Assembly: GCF_000281045.1 (NCBI RefSeq)
Contig: NW_008246080.1
Coordinates: 790,122-823,876 of the forward strand
From: Saprolegnia diclina VS20
Taxonomy: Eukaryota
Length of the DNA stretch: 33,755 nt
Reading direction: 5' to 3'
Part shown: positions 22,104 to 33,510 of the stretch, in pieces
Layout of the letters: each line of letters opens with the position of its first letter
Position numbering within the stretch: the stretch's first letter is position 1
Translations under genes and position numbers: made by a program
Notes under the pieces: generated by a model
The model's database searches: none
Seen by the model: the letters and a program-made list of their open reading frames with translations, nothing else
What the model was told of the DNA's origin: nothing

Positions 22104-24064
22104 TCACACGGTTGCGTCAACCGTGTTGGCACTCGAGAGACAGTGGTGCAAGCGGGTCGCGACCTCGAGCGCCGATGGGCGGGCCGTCGGCTCCAGCGCT
22201 GTGCACGACACCACGATCGCGCGCACTGTCTCGGGCATGTCATTCGCCACCTCCAAGTCAGCAATGAGCCGCCCGACCAAGTACACATCCGAGTGCGTCG
22301 AGCGGAGTCCGTTGGCTACGACCTCGGGCGCGGCTTGGGGAGCGAGGATCGTCTTGGGCTCGTCGAGATACGACGCGTACATGAAGGCGCCGAGATGAGC
22401 GCGCCATTCGCTCGAGACAAAGACGTGGTCGAGCGAGATCGCATTGTGCAGAACCGGGGCGTCGAGCGCATGCAGATGCGCTACGGCTGTCGCAACGTCG
22501 AGGGCCAGCTGCGCCTTGGGCGGCACGACTCCGTTCGTGGGCGTCGTCCAGCGGAGGTACTTGACGACGTTCGCATCGCGCAAGACGTCCGCCAGCGACC
22601 CGAGCGCCATAAACTCGGTCACGACCGTCAAGTCGAGGAGCGACGACGACGTGGCAAAGCCAAGCAGCGGCACGATGTTGGGGTGGGAGAGCCGCGCGAG
22701 AAAAGCGATTTCGTGCACGAGGCCACCAAGATACGTCGGCGTATCTTCGATCGTGCACGGCGTGAGCATGGTCGCGTGGACCTTGGCACCGTGTCGCTCG
22801 GCCACGTACATGGTGTACGCTGTAGACGACAATAGCTTGAGCTTCTTGATGTCCTTCATCGCCATTTGCAGCGGCATGAGCCGTGTGTCGTGAAACAGAA
22901 TCGTCTCGAACGGCTTGGTGTCCATCTCGATCGAGAGCGAGATGCGGTACTCCATCGGGTCGTCCTCCATGATCGAGTAGGCCGAGCTCAGACACGTATC
23001 CCGCAGATGTTGGTTGGCGGGCGGGCCGGGCGAGTCGAGCACGCGCTTGGCACACACAAGATACGCAAAGACGAAGAGACCAATGCAGCTGAGGACCATG
23101 ATGAGCTGGCCGTACGCCGCTACAGTTGTCAAAATTGAGATTCAAGATGCAAGCGGCTCAAAGAGAGGACGTACTCATGAGCAGCGTCGAAGGCGGCGTG
23201 TCCGAGTCGAGGACACACACGACACTCGACCGCAGAAGGTGCAGCGCGCCCGAGCACGCCGTGATGCTAAAGTTGCCCAGTGAAAGGTACGGCAGCGCGT
23301 TGAGCTGGCGAAACGTCGCTGAGGACACGTCAAACGTTGTCATGGTGTTGCCAGAGAGGTCCCTAGTCACGCATGAGGAATGGATGTAAGCAAAAAAGAG
23401 CGTACAATGACTGGAGGCTCAGTGGAAACGTCGGGTTGCGAAGTGCGGTGATGCGGTTGTTGGCCAAACTCCTACGTGGAAACATGAGCTGGAGACGCGA
23501 GAGGCAAATGCATACAAGCGCGTGACGCTCGGCAGCGCCAGCGTCAAGTTACCCACGTACGCAATGGCGTTGTAGCTCAAGTCCCTACGACAACAACAAG
23601 ATCAGTCGATGGCGACACTACAAGGACCGTACAGCGTCTGAAGGGCGGCGAATCGCGGCAGTGCGTCAGTCGTACGGAACTCATTGTGGCTCAGGTTCCT
23701 ATCACATGCCAAGTACACTCCATGAGGCTAGGCTGCGTACGAAGCGCCACGTACAAAAGCCGCAAGGCAGGCACAGGGTCGGATCCAAGCTGGGCGATCG
23801 CATTCATCGAGAGGTCCCTAGATCCAGCAATATGACTATAGACCATTTGATGAGGCGGTCGTACACGACAGTAGCGGTCGGCGGGAAGCTAGCGACATCG
23901 CTTATGCTAGCGTTTTGCAGGTTGACGACCCCGTTCGCCGCTTCGACACTGGTTAACGTGCCATTGCCGTCCTTGGCGACCAGACACGGCCCTGCGCTGG
24001 AGCTACTGGAGCTGTTTCGATGGCCTTCACAAGCCCCGTAAAGCGTGTAGGAGGCAACTGCCAT
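22104..24064 (-). CDS. LRR receptor-like pseudokinase, copy F (7 exons; start uncertain)
   Basis: Exon 1 MAVASYTLYGAC..GPC; LRR exons DLSMNAI, NLSHNEF, DLSYNAI, SLANNRI, DLSGNTMTTFDV; TM LIMVLSCIGLFVFAYLVC; kinase-like domain with VHAT (no beta3 Lys), LHALDAPVLHNAI, HLGAF, AAPEV, SDVYLVG, CTALEPTARP. Confidence 0.82.
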
Positions 24065-25204
24065 GGTGTGTGAATATTCGAGTGTGGCAGTCGAATGCGC
24101 CACGATGACGATGAGCCCATCAAGCCACGGGACAGACGTTTTAGCCAATCAAACCGCGAGGGCAAGTGCAAACTCGCTCTGGAACCTGCGACATGCGAGC
24201 GATTACCCTCGGGCGAGCCTGGATCATCAAGCGCACGCAGCCAAAAACTATGCAAATGTTTTGGTGCCGACTTCATCCTTGCTCTCGTCGTATCGCCGAC
24301 CCAATGACCTTGCCAATGACGAATGCGTCTTCGGGGTACGAGGGTTGGGTGACTCGGGAATCGATCTGTGGACAGCTGAACGTTTCTCGCCAGCGACAAA
24401 TATCTCTTCACCATCCAAAGATGGGCGAGACTGGTTCACAATCATCACCAGTGAACCAAAGGCCGGCGTGTCGTGGGACGCTGGCGTGTCAACTGCTTCC
24501 ATGACTGGCGACAACGCGTCACGTTGCTGATCGTGGCCGACCACATTTGCCGCAATCTTGCCGCCACGACAGCGTGCCACGTCATCCTGCTGCTCCGACA
24601 TCCAGAAACAACGAGCAAGTAGGAGGTCAACGAGCGTCCATTCGTGTCGAGTCGCTGCCAAGAGACTCTAGACTCTAGACCACTCGACGCGCTTCCTACC
24701 GAGTTCAATTGTACTAGTACACGGGTTGTCCGCCCTGTCGGGGGAGCGTGGTTGGATCGGATTGGCTATTAATCGACCAATGGAATGCCAACTCTCCACA
24801 CGACGCAATCCGATTGGCTATTAATATATTGGCGCCTCCGACACCTTGCACTGACAACCATGCACTTGCGTTGGCTCATCATCTTGGCGGGTAGCATGCA
24901 TGCATGCCAAGGTAAGGTGGCATTGCGATCCTTGGTCTCACCAAGTGCGCCCTCCGGAAGACTACGAATATGCTTGTTTCCGAGCGTACATGCAACATGA
25001 AATGGCTCGAGCCTCTCGTGTCGTTGGGGACGAACGAAGGATTGTCGCGTTCGTCGACGGCCCTACGCGTCGTCGAGGCCACAGACAGTCCTACCATCGT
25101 GTCGTGTTGGCGCAGTGTGGCCGGGCGTCGGACAGTACAGCGAGGATGCTAGCGTAGTTGTTTTGTAATATAAAAAGACGCTACATGCGACAGCAGTACG
25201 GAGC

Positions 25205-26981
25205 CTACTCGAACGCCTGGGCTTCGAACGCCTCGACGCTCATGTAGCTCACAGCGACCACGTTGCCGCCAAACTTGCGTCCCGTCAATGCCTACACCAA
25301 AATGAGATCTTATGCAAAAGAGGTCGAGTGTCACCGACCTTGGTGGCAGCGATCGCGCCATCGACCGTCTCGAAGCGGACAAAGGCCTTGCCGACGCCGG
25401 GCAGACCGTCCTAATTGCTCACGACATCAGCCAAACGGTCAAGTACGTCGGTGGCGTACGCTCGGGCGCGGGATCACAAGCGTCGTGACCTTGCCAAACT
25501 TGCTGCACTCCTCTTCAATGTCTTCCTTCAAGTCGCTGTACTCGCCGTCATCGACCAGATCGGCTTCTTGCACCATGTTGCCCTACATAGGATCGAGTAT
25601 GAGCATCAAATATCAATGTGTCAAGAGCATGTACGAGCGTGATCACCGGCGTCGGCGTCGGGGCCGCCACCGCGTTCGGGTTGTACTCGGGAATCGTGCC
25701 CTGGCGCGGCGCGCGCTGCACGACGAGCGCGTTCCCGGCAATGTCGAGGCCGTTGAGACCGTCGACAACGCTCTGCGTCACCGACTCGTCCTTGTACTCG
25801 AAGAGCGCGCTGCCCGTCGAGTTGCCCGCGCTGTCCTTTACCAAAAGGAAGCGGGCGAGCTCGCCAAACGGCTCGAGGAGCTGCGAGACCTGCGATAGGT
25901 GTGAGCCTTCCATGGCTACATAAGAAGAGGGATCGAGATGTACCTGTTCTTCGTTGAGGGCCGTCGGGAGGTTGGCCATGAGGAGGCGGTTGGACGAGTT
26001 GTCGGGCGGGAGCTGGCCAATGTCCGTAAAGCCAGAGTTGGGCGCAAGAAGGCCAGCGTCCTGGAGACCGCACGCAGCCGAGCCGCCAGCGAACCACATC
26101 GGGTTGGGCGTGCACCCGAGGTTCACGAGCGCGGTTTGCGTGCGCGACGAGATGTTGGGCATCGGCTGCGCGGGCCCGACAAAGCTGCGCGGCCGGCCAA
26201 ACTTGAGCTGCCGCCCGAGCATGTTGAGCTGGTTCAAGAGCAGCGCGAGGTTGCACTCTTCGACAGTGCGCATTTCGAGGAATGCAAACTGGTTGTCGGT
26301 CGAGATCCACGCCGAGAGGATCGGGTTGCCCGGCTGGCCCGGCAGCGAGAGGCCGACCTGCTGGATGATCGTACCGAGAAACTCTTGCAGCTGTGAGCCC
26401 GTCACGTTCTGTGGGAGGTTGCCAACGTACAGTTCGCGCATCGGCTTGAGCGAGACGGCCGACGAGAGTGTGCTCGTGGTCTGGGACATCTTGAGCAGCA
26501 CCTCTTGCAGACTCAGCGACGGGTACTGCTGCATCATCTGTGTGATCGTCGACGACGCTTGCGCCGGCGCCGACGGGGCCGCATCGATGGGCGGGAACTC
26601 AGGCACCTCGGCCGCGGGCGGGCCGGGCGCGAACATCGGCGCCTTCACCTCGGGCTTGCGGTCGTTCGAGCCCGACTTGTCGCGGGACCGACGGCGCGGG
26701 CTACGGCTGCGGCTGCGACGCGAGCGGCGCGGCGACCGGCTGCGCGACCGACGGCTGCGGCGGTCATGGCGATCGCGGTCGCGGCGCGACGAACGCGAGC
26801 GCGATCGGCGGCTGCGCGACGAGCGATGGCGCGGCGAGTAGCTCCGCGACCGGCGGCGGCGATCCCTGTCGCGGTCATCGTCTCTGTCGCGCCGACTGCT
26901 CTTGCGGTCCTTGTCCTTGCGGCTGCTCTTGCGCTCGCGGCTGTCCTTCCGCTCGCTGCCACGCGCGTCCTCTTCGGCCAT
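25205..26981 (-). CDS. U2AF2: Splicing factor U2AF large subunit (U2AF65-like), 5 exons
   Basis: N-terminal RS domain; RRM1 RELYVGNLP...FAFLEMRTVEE...LKFGRP; RRM2 LLMANLPTALNEEQ|VSQLLEPFGEL..FLLVKD..GNSTGSALFEY; spliced C-terminal UHM GNMVQEADLVDDGEYSDLKEDIEEECSKFGKV..VIPRP..GVGKAFVRF..LTGRKFGG; stop TAG 25207-25205. Confidence 0.92.
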
Positions 26982-27186
26982 CCTGTCTCCACACGATTCT
27001 GGCGTTCGATAAATCGACAACCCAGCAAAGTACGATTCCGCACTTTATCCAAATTGCATTGCGATCTTCCGGCAGCAACCCGCCTGTCCGCCCGCTCTCG
27101 CCCATGCCCACGCCCATGGCCGCCGGCAGCGACCGCGAGGCAATGCACCCACGACGCTAATGACATTGTCATACGTATCTACTGGG

Positions 27187-29722
27187 TTATATCGCACTGC
27201 GGCGCTGGCACCGCAGCTTGTCGTAGGCCCACGGCAGGTCGCTAGTGAGCTCGACGACGAGCGCCCAAAGCATCGAGACAAAGTACGGGCGTGCGAGTGC
27301 CACGTCTTCGTCAAACACATAGCAGTAGTTTGGCTCGTCTCGCGGGTCGTTCTATACTCTCCATGATACCTCGATGTATCAATGGCTATGGCTTGTACCG
27401 TTGGAAAGAGGCTCTTGCAGCCCAGTTGAATGTACTCGAAGACGCGCTCGACGCTGAGCACGTGGACTTCGTCGGTCTCGTGCGCTTCCTCCTCCATGTC
27501 GACGACCGCGCGAAAGTACGCGACCATCTCTTGCACGTGCGTGTGGTCTGGCGACGTCTGGAACGCGAGGTCGGCGTGCCCGGCCAGCGACGTGACGAGG
27601 CTCGATGCATGCAAAAGCGAGTACATCTACCCCTCTAGTAGGTATTTCGTAGCCAAATGAGCGTACCAGCTGCGGATTCCGCGGCAAGAGCCGACCCGAC
27701 AAGACGACGTTGATCAGCCCAAGGCCAAGGTGGAGACACTCCATGTACATGGCTTGCTTCTCCAGCAGCTAGCCCAAATACGACACTGGGTCCTACATGG
27801 CAAACGAAAAGTACCTTGGTCTGATGCCCAGCCACGTCGTCGGCTTCATGTGGTGAGGCATCGAGGCCGTCCAGGTCGGCTTGGACCCGGGCTTCCTTCT
27901 TTGCCCAGTGCTCGACTGCGTGCACGAGGCTCTGGCTGGCGTACGGGTGCAGCTGGTGCGCATATTGGAGGACGTTGAAGAGCGTCCCAAACGCCATCGT
28001 GTGCAGTCGCGGGTCTCGGAACGTCGCCATATTCTTGTGCAAAAGGCGCACAAGCACAACGATCGCGGCCGACGCAAAGGAGATATCAACCATGTACTTC
28101 TCCGTATACCACTCAACATGGTCATGCAGCTAATCCATGCAATTGAGAAAGTAGAGATCTCGAGGAGTACCATGGACGCGTGCAGAGCTTCGAGAACGGC
28201 GGGTGTCTCCGAGAGCCGCAAAAGCACTGTACAGTACACGAAGAGAGAGGTCGGCTCGGTGCTGTCGTACAGGGCTCGGAGCAGCGGAAGTCCCTACAGC
28301 CCACACCTTAGCAGCCGTTGGCGACAAGAACGTATTACAAAGAAGTCGGTGTCAAGAGGCTGCGCGATGGCCGAGGCAAAGGTTGGATGTATGGTCACGA
28401 GAGCGTAGAGGAGCGAGGTGCCTATCTCGGTCGAGAGCGACCTGCACCAAGCGAGCTAGTGAGAGCGCAGAGGCTCAGCCAAGGAGCGTACCGGCCGAGG
28501 AGGTTGATGAGCTGCGAGTACGACACGGCGTGCACTGCGTTCACATTGCGGTCCCGATCTTCAAGCTCGCAAAATGCACTCCGGAATGGATTGGCTTCGC
28601 TAGGATCCCAACAGCGTCAGTGCGCGCGAATGAGGAGAATATGATACGTCGGCGCCGTGTGCAAGAGGATAAGGAGCAGAAGCACGCCTCGGTCGGCCAG
28701 CGGGAACACGGGCGTCTCGGTCGCGACAAAGTAGTCGAGGACACCCCAGGAGGCTACGGAAATGAGCATCGTCCACATGGCATAGAGAGGAGAGCTTGTG
28801 TCGACCTTGGGCCGACGACTGCGCGGCAAGGGCCGCAACGGACGCTGCGGTCTCGAGGTTGGGTGGCGGAAGCTCGTCGAGAAACGAGTACAAGACACGC
28901 TTCACGAGGCCTTTGGCCACGGTCTCGAGCGACGCATGAAGCACAAACGCCTCGAGAAGCGACGCCGTGGCGCTGAACGCGTGCGACGAGAGCAGCGTCA
29001 GCAGCGTGTTAACGCACTCGAGGTGCAAATCGTACGTCTCGTCGCTACAGCAAGGTATGAGATCGATCGTACGCAACGCATGGACAGACGTCGGTGGCGC
29101 CTCGAGCACGACCGTGCACAGCGCGTCCAAGAGCTCCATGGCCACGTCGCTGGCTGCTATGTTCAAGGTGGGAGGATGAGCGCCATGAGGAGGAGAGATG
29201 TCGTACGCGCGGTGCTGGCTTGGCGCAGGAGCGAGCTCTGCCCGAGGTCCTTGGCCGTGCCTTGGGCAGCAAAGAGCTCGAGAACGTTGCTGTGCTCGAC
29301 AAAGTGCATGCAAAAGTGGCGCAGGAGGACGAGGACGTTGGTCATGTTGGCCAGCGACGCGCCGAGGACATGGCGCGGCCGGGCGGCGTCCGGCTTGGCA
29401 AAATGCGGCAAGCTTCGCGTGACGTGGCGCACGAGCATGCGAAAGTTGCCCGAGACAACCGTGTTGGCCGCTAGACAGAGGTTCATGGCGGAAGATGACA
29501 GGGTGCATGTCTACCGAGCGCGTGCGTGTAGGGACGGAGGAAGGCCGCGAGCGTCGCCTTGGGCAGCGTAAGCAGCGCTTGGTCCATCGCGAAGAAGCGC
29601 GTCCAGACGTCGTCGCTCATCATGTACGGCTGCGCGCTCACGATCTTCTCCAGGGCTGACGTCGTGGCCGCGTCCAGGAGCGAGGTCGCTGCGCCATCGC
29701 CGCCACTTGCGCTGTTCCCCAT
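27187..29722 (-). CDS. DYM: Dymeclin-family (Dymeclin/HID1 superfamily) Golgi protein, multi-exon
   Basis: Myristoylation-type start MGNSASGG; family-like blocks NTVVSGNF, YDLHLECVNTLLTLLS, PLADRGVLLLLILLH, FRDPRLHTMAFGTLFNV..LHPYASQSLV, LLPRNPQLV/YSLL; C-terminal YVFDED..PYFVSMLWALV; stop TAA 27189-27187. Internal exon borders were not all resolved. Confidence 0.82.
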
Positions 29723-30201
29723 GAAGATGTGCCAAGCATGCAAATCGCACCTCTCACAATCGATACTATATAAAGGTTTTTCTTAAGTGCGATATTAGTC
29801 GAAATCAACTTGATATTTGTATGTTGTGGATACGTACTTTATCGAGTGTAGGCGCCTGCACTTGCGAGGATTCTGGCCCGACAGCGTGCCACGTACGCGC
29901 CAATGCCTCTAGACCTCCTCGAACGCTCGCCGCCGACGATGTACTGAGATGACGAGCAGTAGCCAAGGACGTTGCACCAAGGACGACGCATGGACTCTCT
30001 TAAAGCATTGCTGACGAGACCGATTCTGCAGACTGAGAGACATCACTGCAGCCTGCTGACGTGAGCTAGACCATATACCAGAACCGTGTTTGGAGTCAAC
30101 CTAGTACCTAGAGGCCTCAAGGGGACGCAGGAGCTTGTAACTCATTTGCTCAGCAGTCGAACGCTAGAGCTGTGAGGCCGAGCTGCTGGCGGCGGCGTTG
30201 G

Positions 30202-30289
<88 letters not shown>
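30202..30289 (+). repeat. (CTAT)22 / GATA tetranucleotide microsatellite
   Basis: 88 nt of uninterrupted CTAT units. Confidence 0.98.
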
Positions 30290-30290
<1 letters not shown>

Positions 30291-30364
30291 CTAAATCTGA
30301 TTATGCATTGGAGGACGTCGGAGTTCACGAGTCATTGGGTTAGTATACACATACAAAATGCGAC

Positions 30365-31861
30365 TTAGAGCAACACGGTGGCCTTGCGCTTGAGCGGGCA
30401 TTCGTCGGAGATTGGCTTGGCCGCGCGTGGCAGTGTCGCGAGGTACTCGATGCACTTGCGGCTTGCACTCGTCTCCGCTTGCTGCATGGTCGCCTCAAGA
30501 TAGCGCGAGGCGCGCGGTTGGTCGCACAACCAGCGGAGGATGTCGAGTTTGTCTTTGTCGGCTGCGGCCAGCAAAGCTTTGGAAAGCGTGCTTTCCTTTC
30601 GGTGCGCCAAAAGGAACTGGACAAGCTTCAGATTGCCACTGCCGACAGCCAACGCGATCGTGTCCTTGTCAAAGCCGTCGTAGTCGTGCTCGTGAAAGAA
30701 CCGAATCACGTTGAGGTGGCCCTTCGCAGCCGCGTAGGAGAGGTCCTCGTGAACATACGCGCGCCTTCTTGTGCATGAGCCGCACAATCGCGAGCTGCCC
30801 ACGGCGGCTCGCGCGTTACCACACGAAGCCCTCGTTGAAGCCGAGCTTGGCCTGAAACACGAGGAGCTCGAGGTGCACCGTTGTAAAGGCGTTCAAAGCA
30901 ACGTCGATGCACCCAATTTCTTGGCGAGACCGTAATGCGCGCGTCCATTTCCAGTCGAGTGCACGCTCGATGGCCCCGGCAGTCGAGTGTCAAGTATTAC
31001 GTCAGTGCGAAGATATTTCGGCTCAAGCAACGTCAAGAGCTCCACGCAAAAGACGGCGTACGCAAAGAGGCCGGCAGAGCTGGTGGAGCTGCGTGAGGTC
31101 GTGGCGAGACAGCCAGCGCATCAACCGTTGGTTGTATACCGAATACGCACGCACCGTACGTTGCGATCTTCGGTGCGGTAAGTTGCAAGGTCCTTGCAAA
31201 GCGCGTTCATGGCGACCGTGCTCGCATCAAAGCCATTTTGGTAGGACGTAATGGTCGTCACGAGGCGCTCAGACTGAAGCACCATGCGAATCCGCTGCAT
31301 CGCCACGTGCTGGGTCCACGCGGCGCCGATGCATTCGACGATGTCGACCGGCGCGCAGTAGTAGATGGCCATGGCCCGCGTCGCCTTGAAGAAAGCTCGC
31401 GCGTCGCGCTGCGTACAGAGCCAGCGCAGAATGTCAAGACGACGATGCTCGACAGCCGCTTGCAGCGCATGCTCCACCAAGAGCTTTGGCGACGGACCAA
31501 GGCCGAGGAGCTCTTGGATTGTCGCCAGTTGGTTCTGCTTGATGGCGAGCGTGATGGTTTGCTGGTTGATACCACTAGGGTGGTGACGGGCAAGGAAGCA
31601 CACGAGCTCAAAATGGCCGTTCAATGCCGCGACGTTGAGGTAGGCGTCGTCCCACACATCGAGATTTGTGGAGCGAACAACGGACTCGGCGACGTCGACT
31701 TGGCTGCCAGTGCACACTGCCTTCCAAATGTCGTTGGTGGTCAACCCGAAGGAAATAAGAGTGTATAGAAACAAGCGTTGGCCCTTGGCTGCCGCCCGAG
31801 CGACGATGTTGCGACTGCGCATCTTCATGGCCGGACCAAGATCCTCGACGACCCGTGGACA
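30365..31861 (-). pseudogene. Ankyrin-repeat gene relic, 5'-truncated and frameshifted
   Basis: Ankyrin-like repeats (AALNGHFELVCFL, AAAKGHLNVIRFFHEH, AVGSGNLKLVQFLL). Homology to the plus-strand paralogue switches frame near 31190-31160 (to YNQRLMRWLSRHDLTQL) and again near 31070 (to LFAYA). The ORF begins at GTG in the middle of a module. Confidence 0.75.
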
Positions 31862-33510
31862 CGTCTGACGTCGATGCACTTGCTTCGCTCTGTGTGCCGC
31901 ACCTCTTTGCGTATGCGCTCTCGTGTGGCGACACCACCGTCCTTGCGTGGCTCGTCAACCAAGGGCAAGTGTCGTGGACCACGGAGCTCCTGCTGCTCCA
32001 CGCCCACGACTGCAATGCTTGTCCCCGGGCAAGAGAGGACCTTGGCAGTGCGATGATGATGCGCGCCCGCAGCTGCGTCGCGAGCGCGGCGCAGAAAGGC
32101 CATGTGGAAATGCTCCAGTATCTCTGCACCACTGGCTTGTCGGTGGTGCATGTGTGGCCGAGTGTCTGCGCTGGCGGCCATCTCGACATGGCGCAATACC
32201 TCTGGACGCAGGAGCTTGGTACGTGGGACGACGCAAACATCAATGGCGCGACCGAGCGTGGTCATTTTGAACTGCTGCGCTTCCTGCTCGATGTCGGCTA
32301 CACTGGCTTTGACCGCCGCACGCTCGCACTGGCCATCCAGTACGACCAGCTCGAATTCGTGCAGTGTCTCGTGACATATGCCCTTGGCCCAGCATCGGTC
32401 TCGCTTCCAAGCGCCTTGTGCGACGCCGTCGAGTACTCGCGACTGGATCTTCTCTCGCGGCTCTGCGCCCAGCTCGGCGCCCAGGACCACTTGGCGGCGA
32501 CAGAAGCCACTGCTCTCTACTACTGTGCCCCGACTGCGATCGTTCAATGCATTCAAAACGCAAGGTACCGAAATGCGGTCGCGCAGCGCACACGTTCGGT
32601 GCTGCTCTCCAAGGTCCATTTCCAGGCCATTAGTATGTACCAAGATGGTGTCGACACGAGCACAAGACAAGTGCGGGAGCTCTGCAAGGACCTCGCGCTC
32701 GTCTGCAACTACGAGAACGAGGTTCCGCTGCCAAGGACGTATGCGACGTACCACGAACGCTTTTGTCATTGGCTCTCGCGCCACGACCTCTCGCAACTCG
32801 ACCTGCTCTGCTGGCCGCACCTCGTTGCCTATGCGCTCTCGTATGGCAACATGGCGGTGCTCGAAGTGCTCCAGCCCCGGGTGTTTGCAGCCCAGCGACG
32901 CGTGGAGTTCGACTGTCATGGCCGTTGCATGTGCTATAGCGCCAAGAACAACCTGTACTGCCACAAGGTCGCGTTCAACTGCGTGACGATATACGCGGCC
33001 GTTTCGGGCTACGCCGAGCTGCTTGCGTTCCTCTACAAGCACGACTGTGGGGTTGCCTGGGTGTGGTACTGCGTGAGCCTCTTCGGCCATTTGAGCATTG
33101 CGAAGTTTGCGCACGGCCATCGCTTTGCTGGATGGAAACCCCGCTTTATGTGCAACGCCGCCTTGGCCGGCCACCTCAATCTCATCATGTTCTTCCACGA
33201 GCACGACTACGCGGGCTTCGGGCCGCATGCCATCTCGGCAGCCGTGCACAGCGGGAACGTGGACCTCGTACATCACAAGTTGTATGTCGCATTGTGGTCG
33301 GATCCCAGACATGTGGATATCAGACCAGAAATGTGGATCACACACAGACCAGACATTTACGCGGTAAAATGCGATCTTTTCAAACTCACAACGCAATTGC
33401 ATTGGACGCATTTTGCATGTGATGCGTGCATTGGATTGGCTGTGTCCTTCTTACCCGCACGTGATTGGCTATTAATCCGATGCAATGTCAAACCATATCC
33501 GGATACATGA
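31862..33510 (+). pseudogene. Ankyrin-repeat gene fragment; long open frame but lacks the 5' end and probably the 3' end
   Basis: Repeats AAQKGHVEMLQYL, ATERGHFELLRFL, AALAGHLNLIMFFHEH. The ORF starts at GTG in mid-module with no promoter space upstream. Similarity to the minus-strand paralogue ends after SGNVDLV (~33270), and the rest reads through promoter-like sequence. Confidence 0.6.

Noticed and set aside
8318..24064. Interpreting the receptor array as pseudogenes or as active kinases
   Set aside because: No internal stops or frameshifts in the spliced models and all splice sites are canonical, which argues against pseudogenes. The catalytic Asp and DFG are absent in all readable copies, which argues against conventional activity.
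30202..30289. (CTAT)n as a telomeric or CRISPR-like array
   Set aside because: An ordinary GATA microsatellite with no spacers; not a telomere-type repeat.
31825..33411. 528-aa minus-strand ORF opposite the ankyrin fragment
   Set aside because: Antisense shadow; the ankyrin motifs are on the plus strand here.
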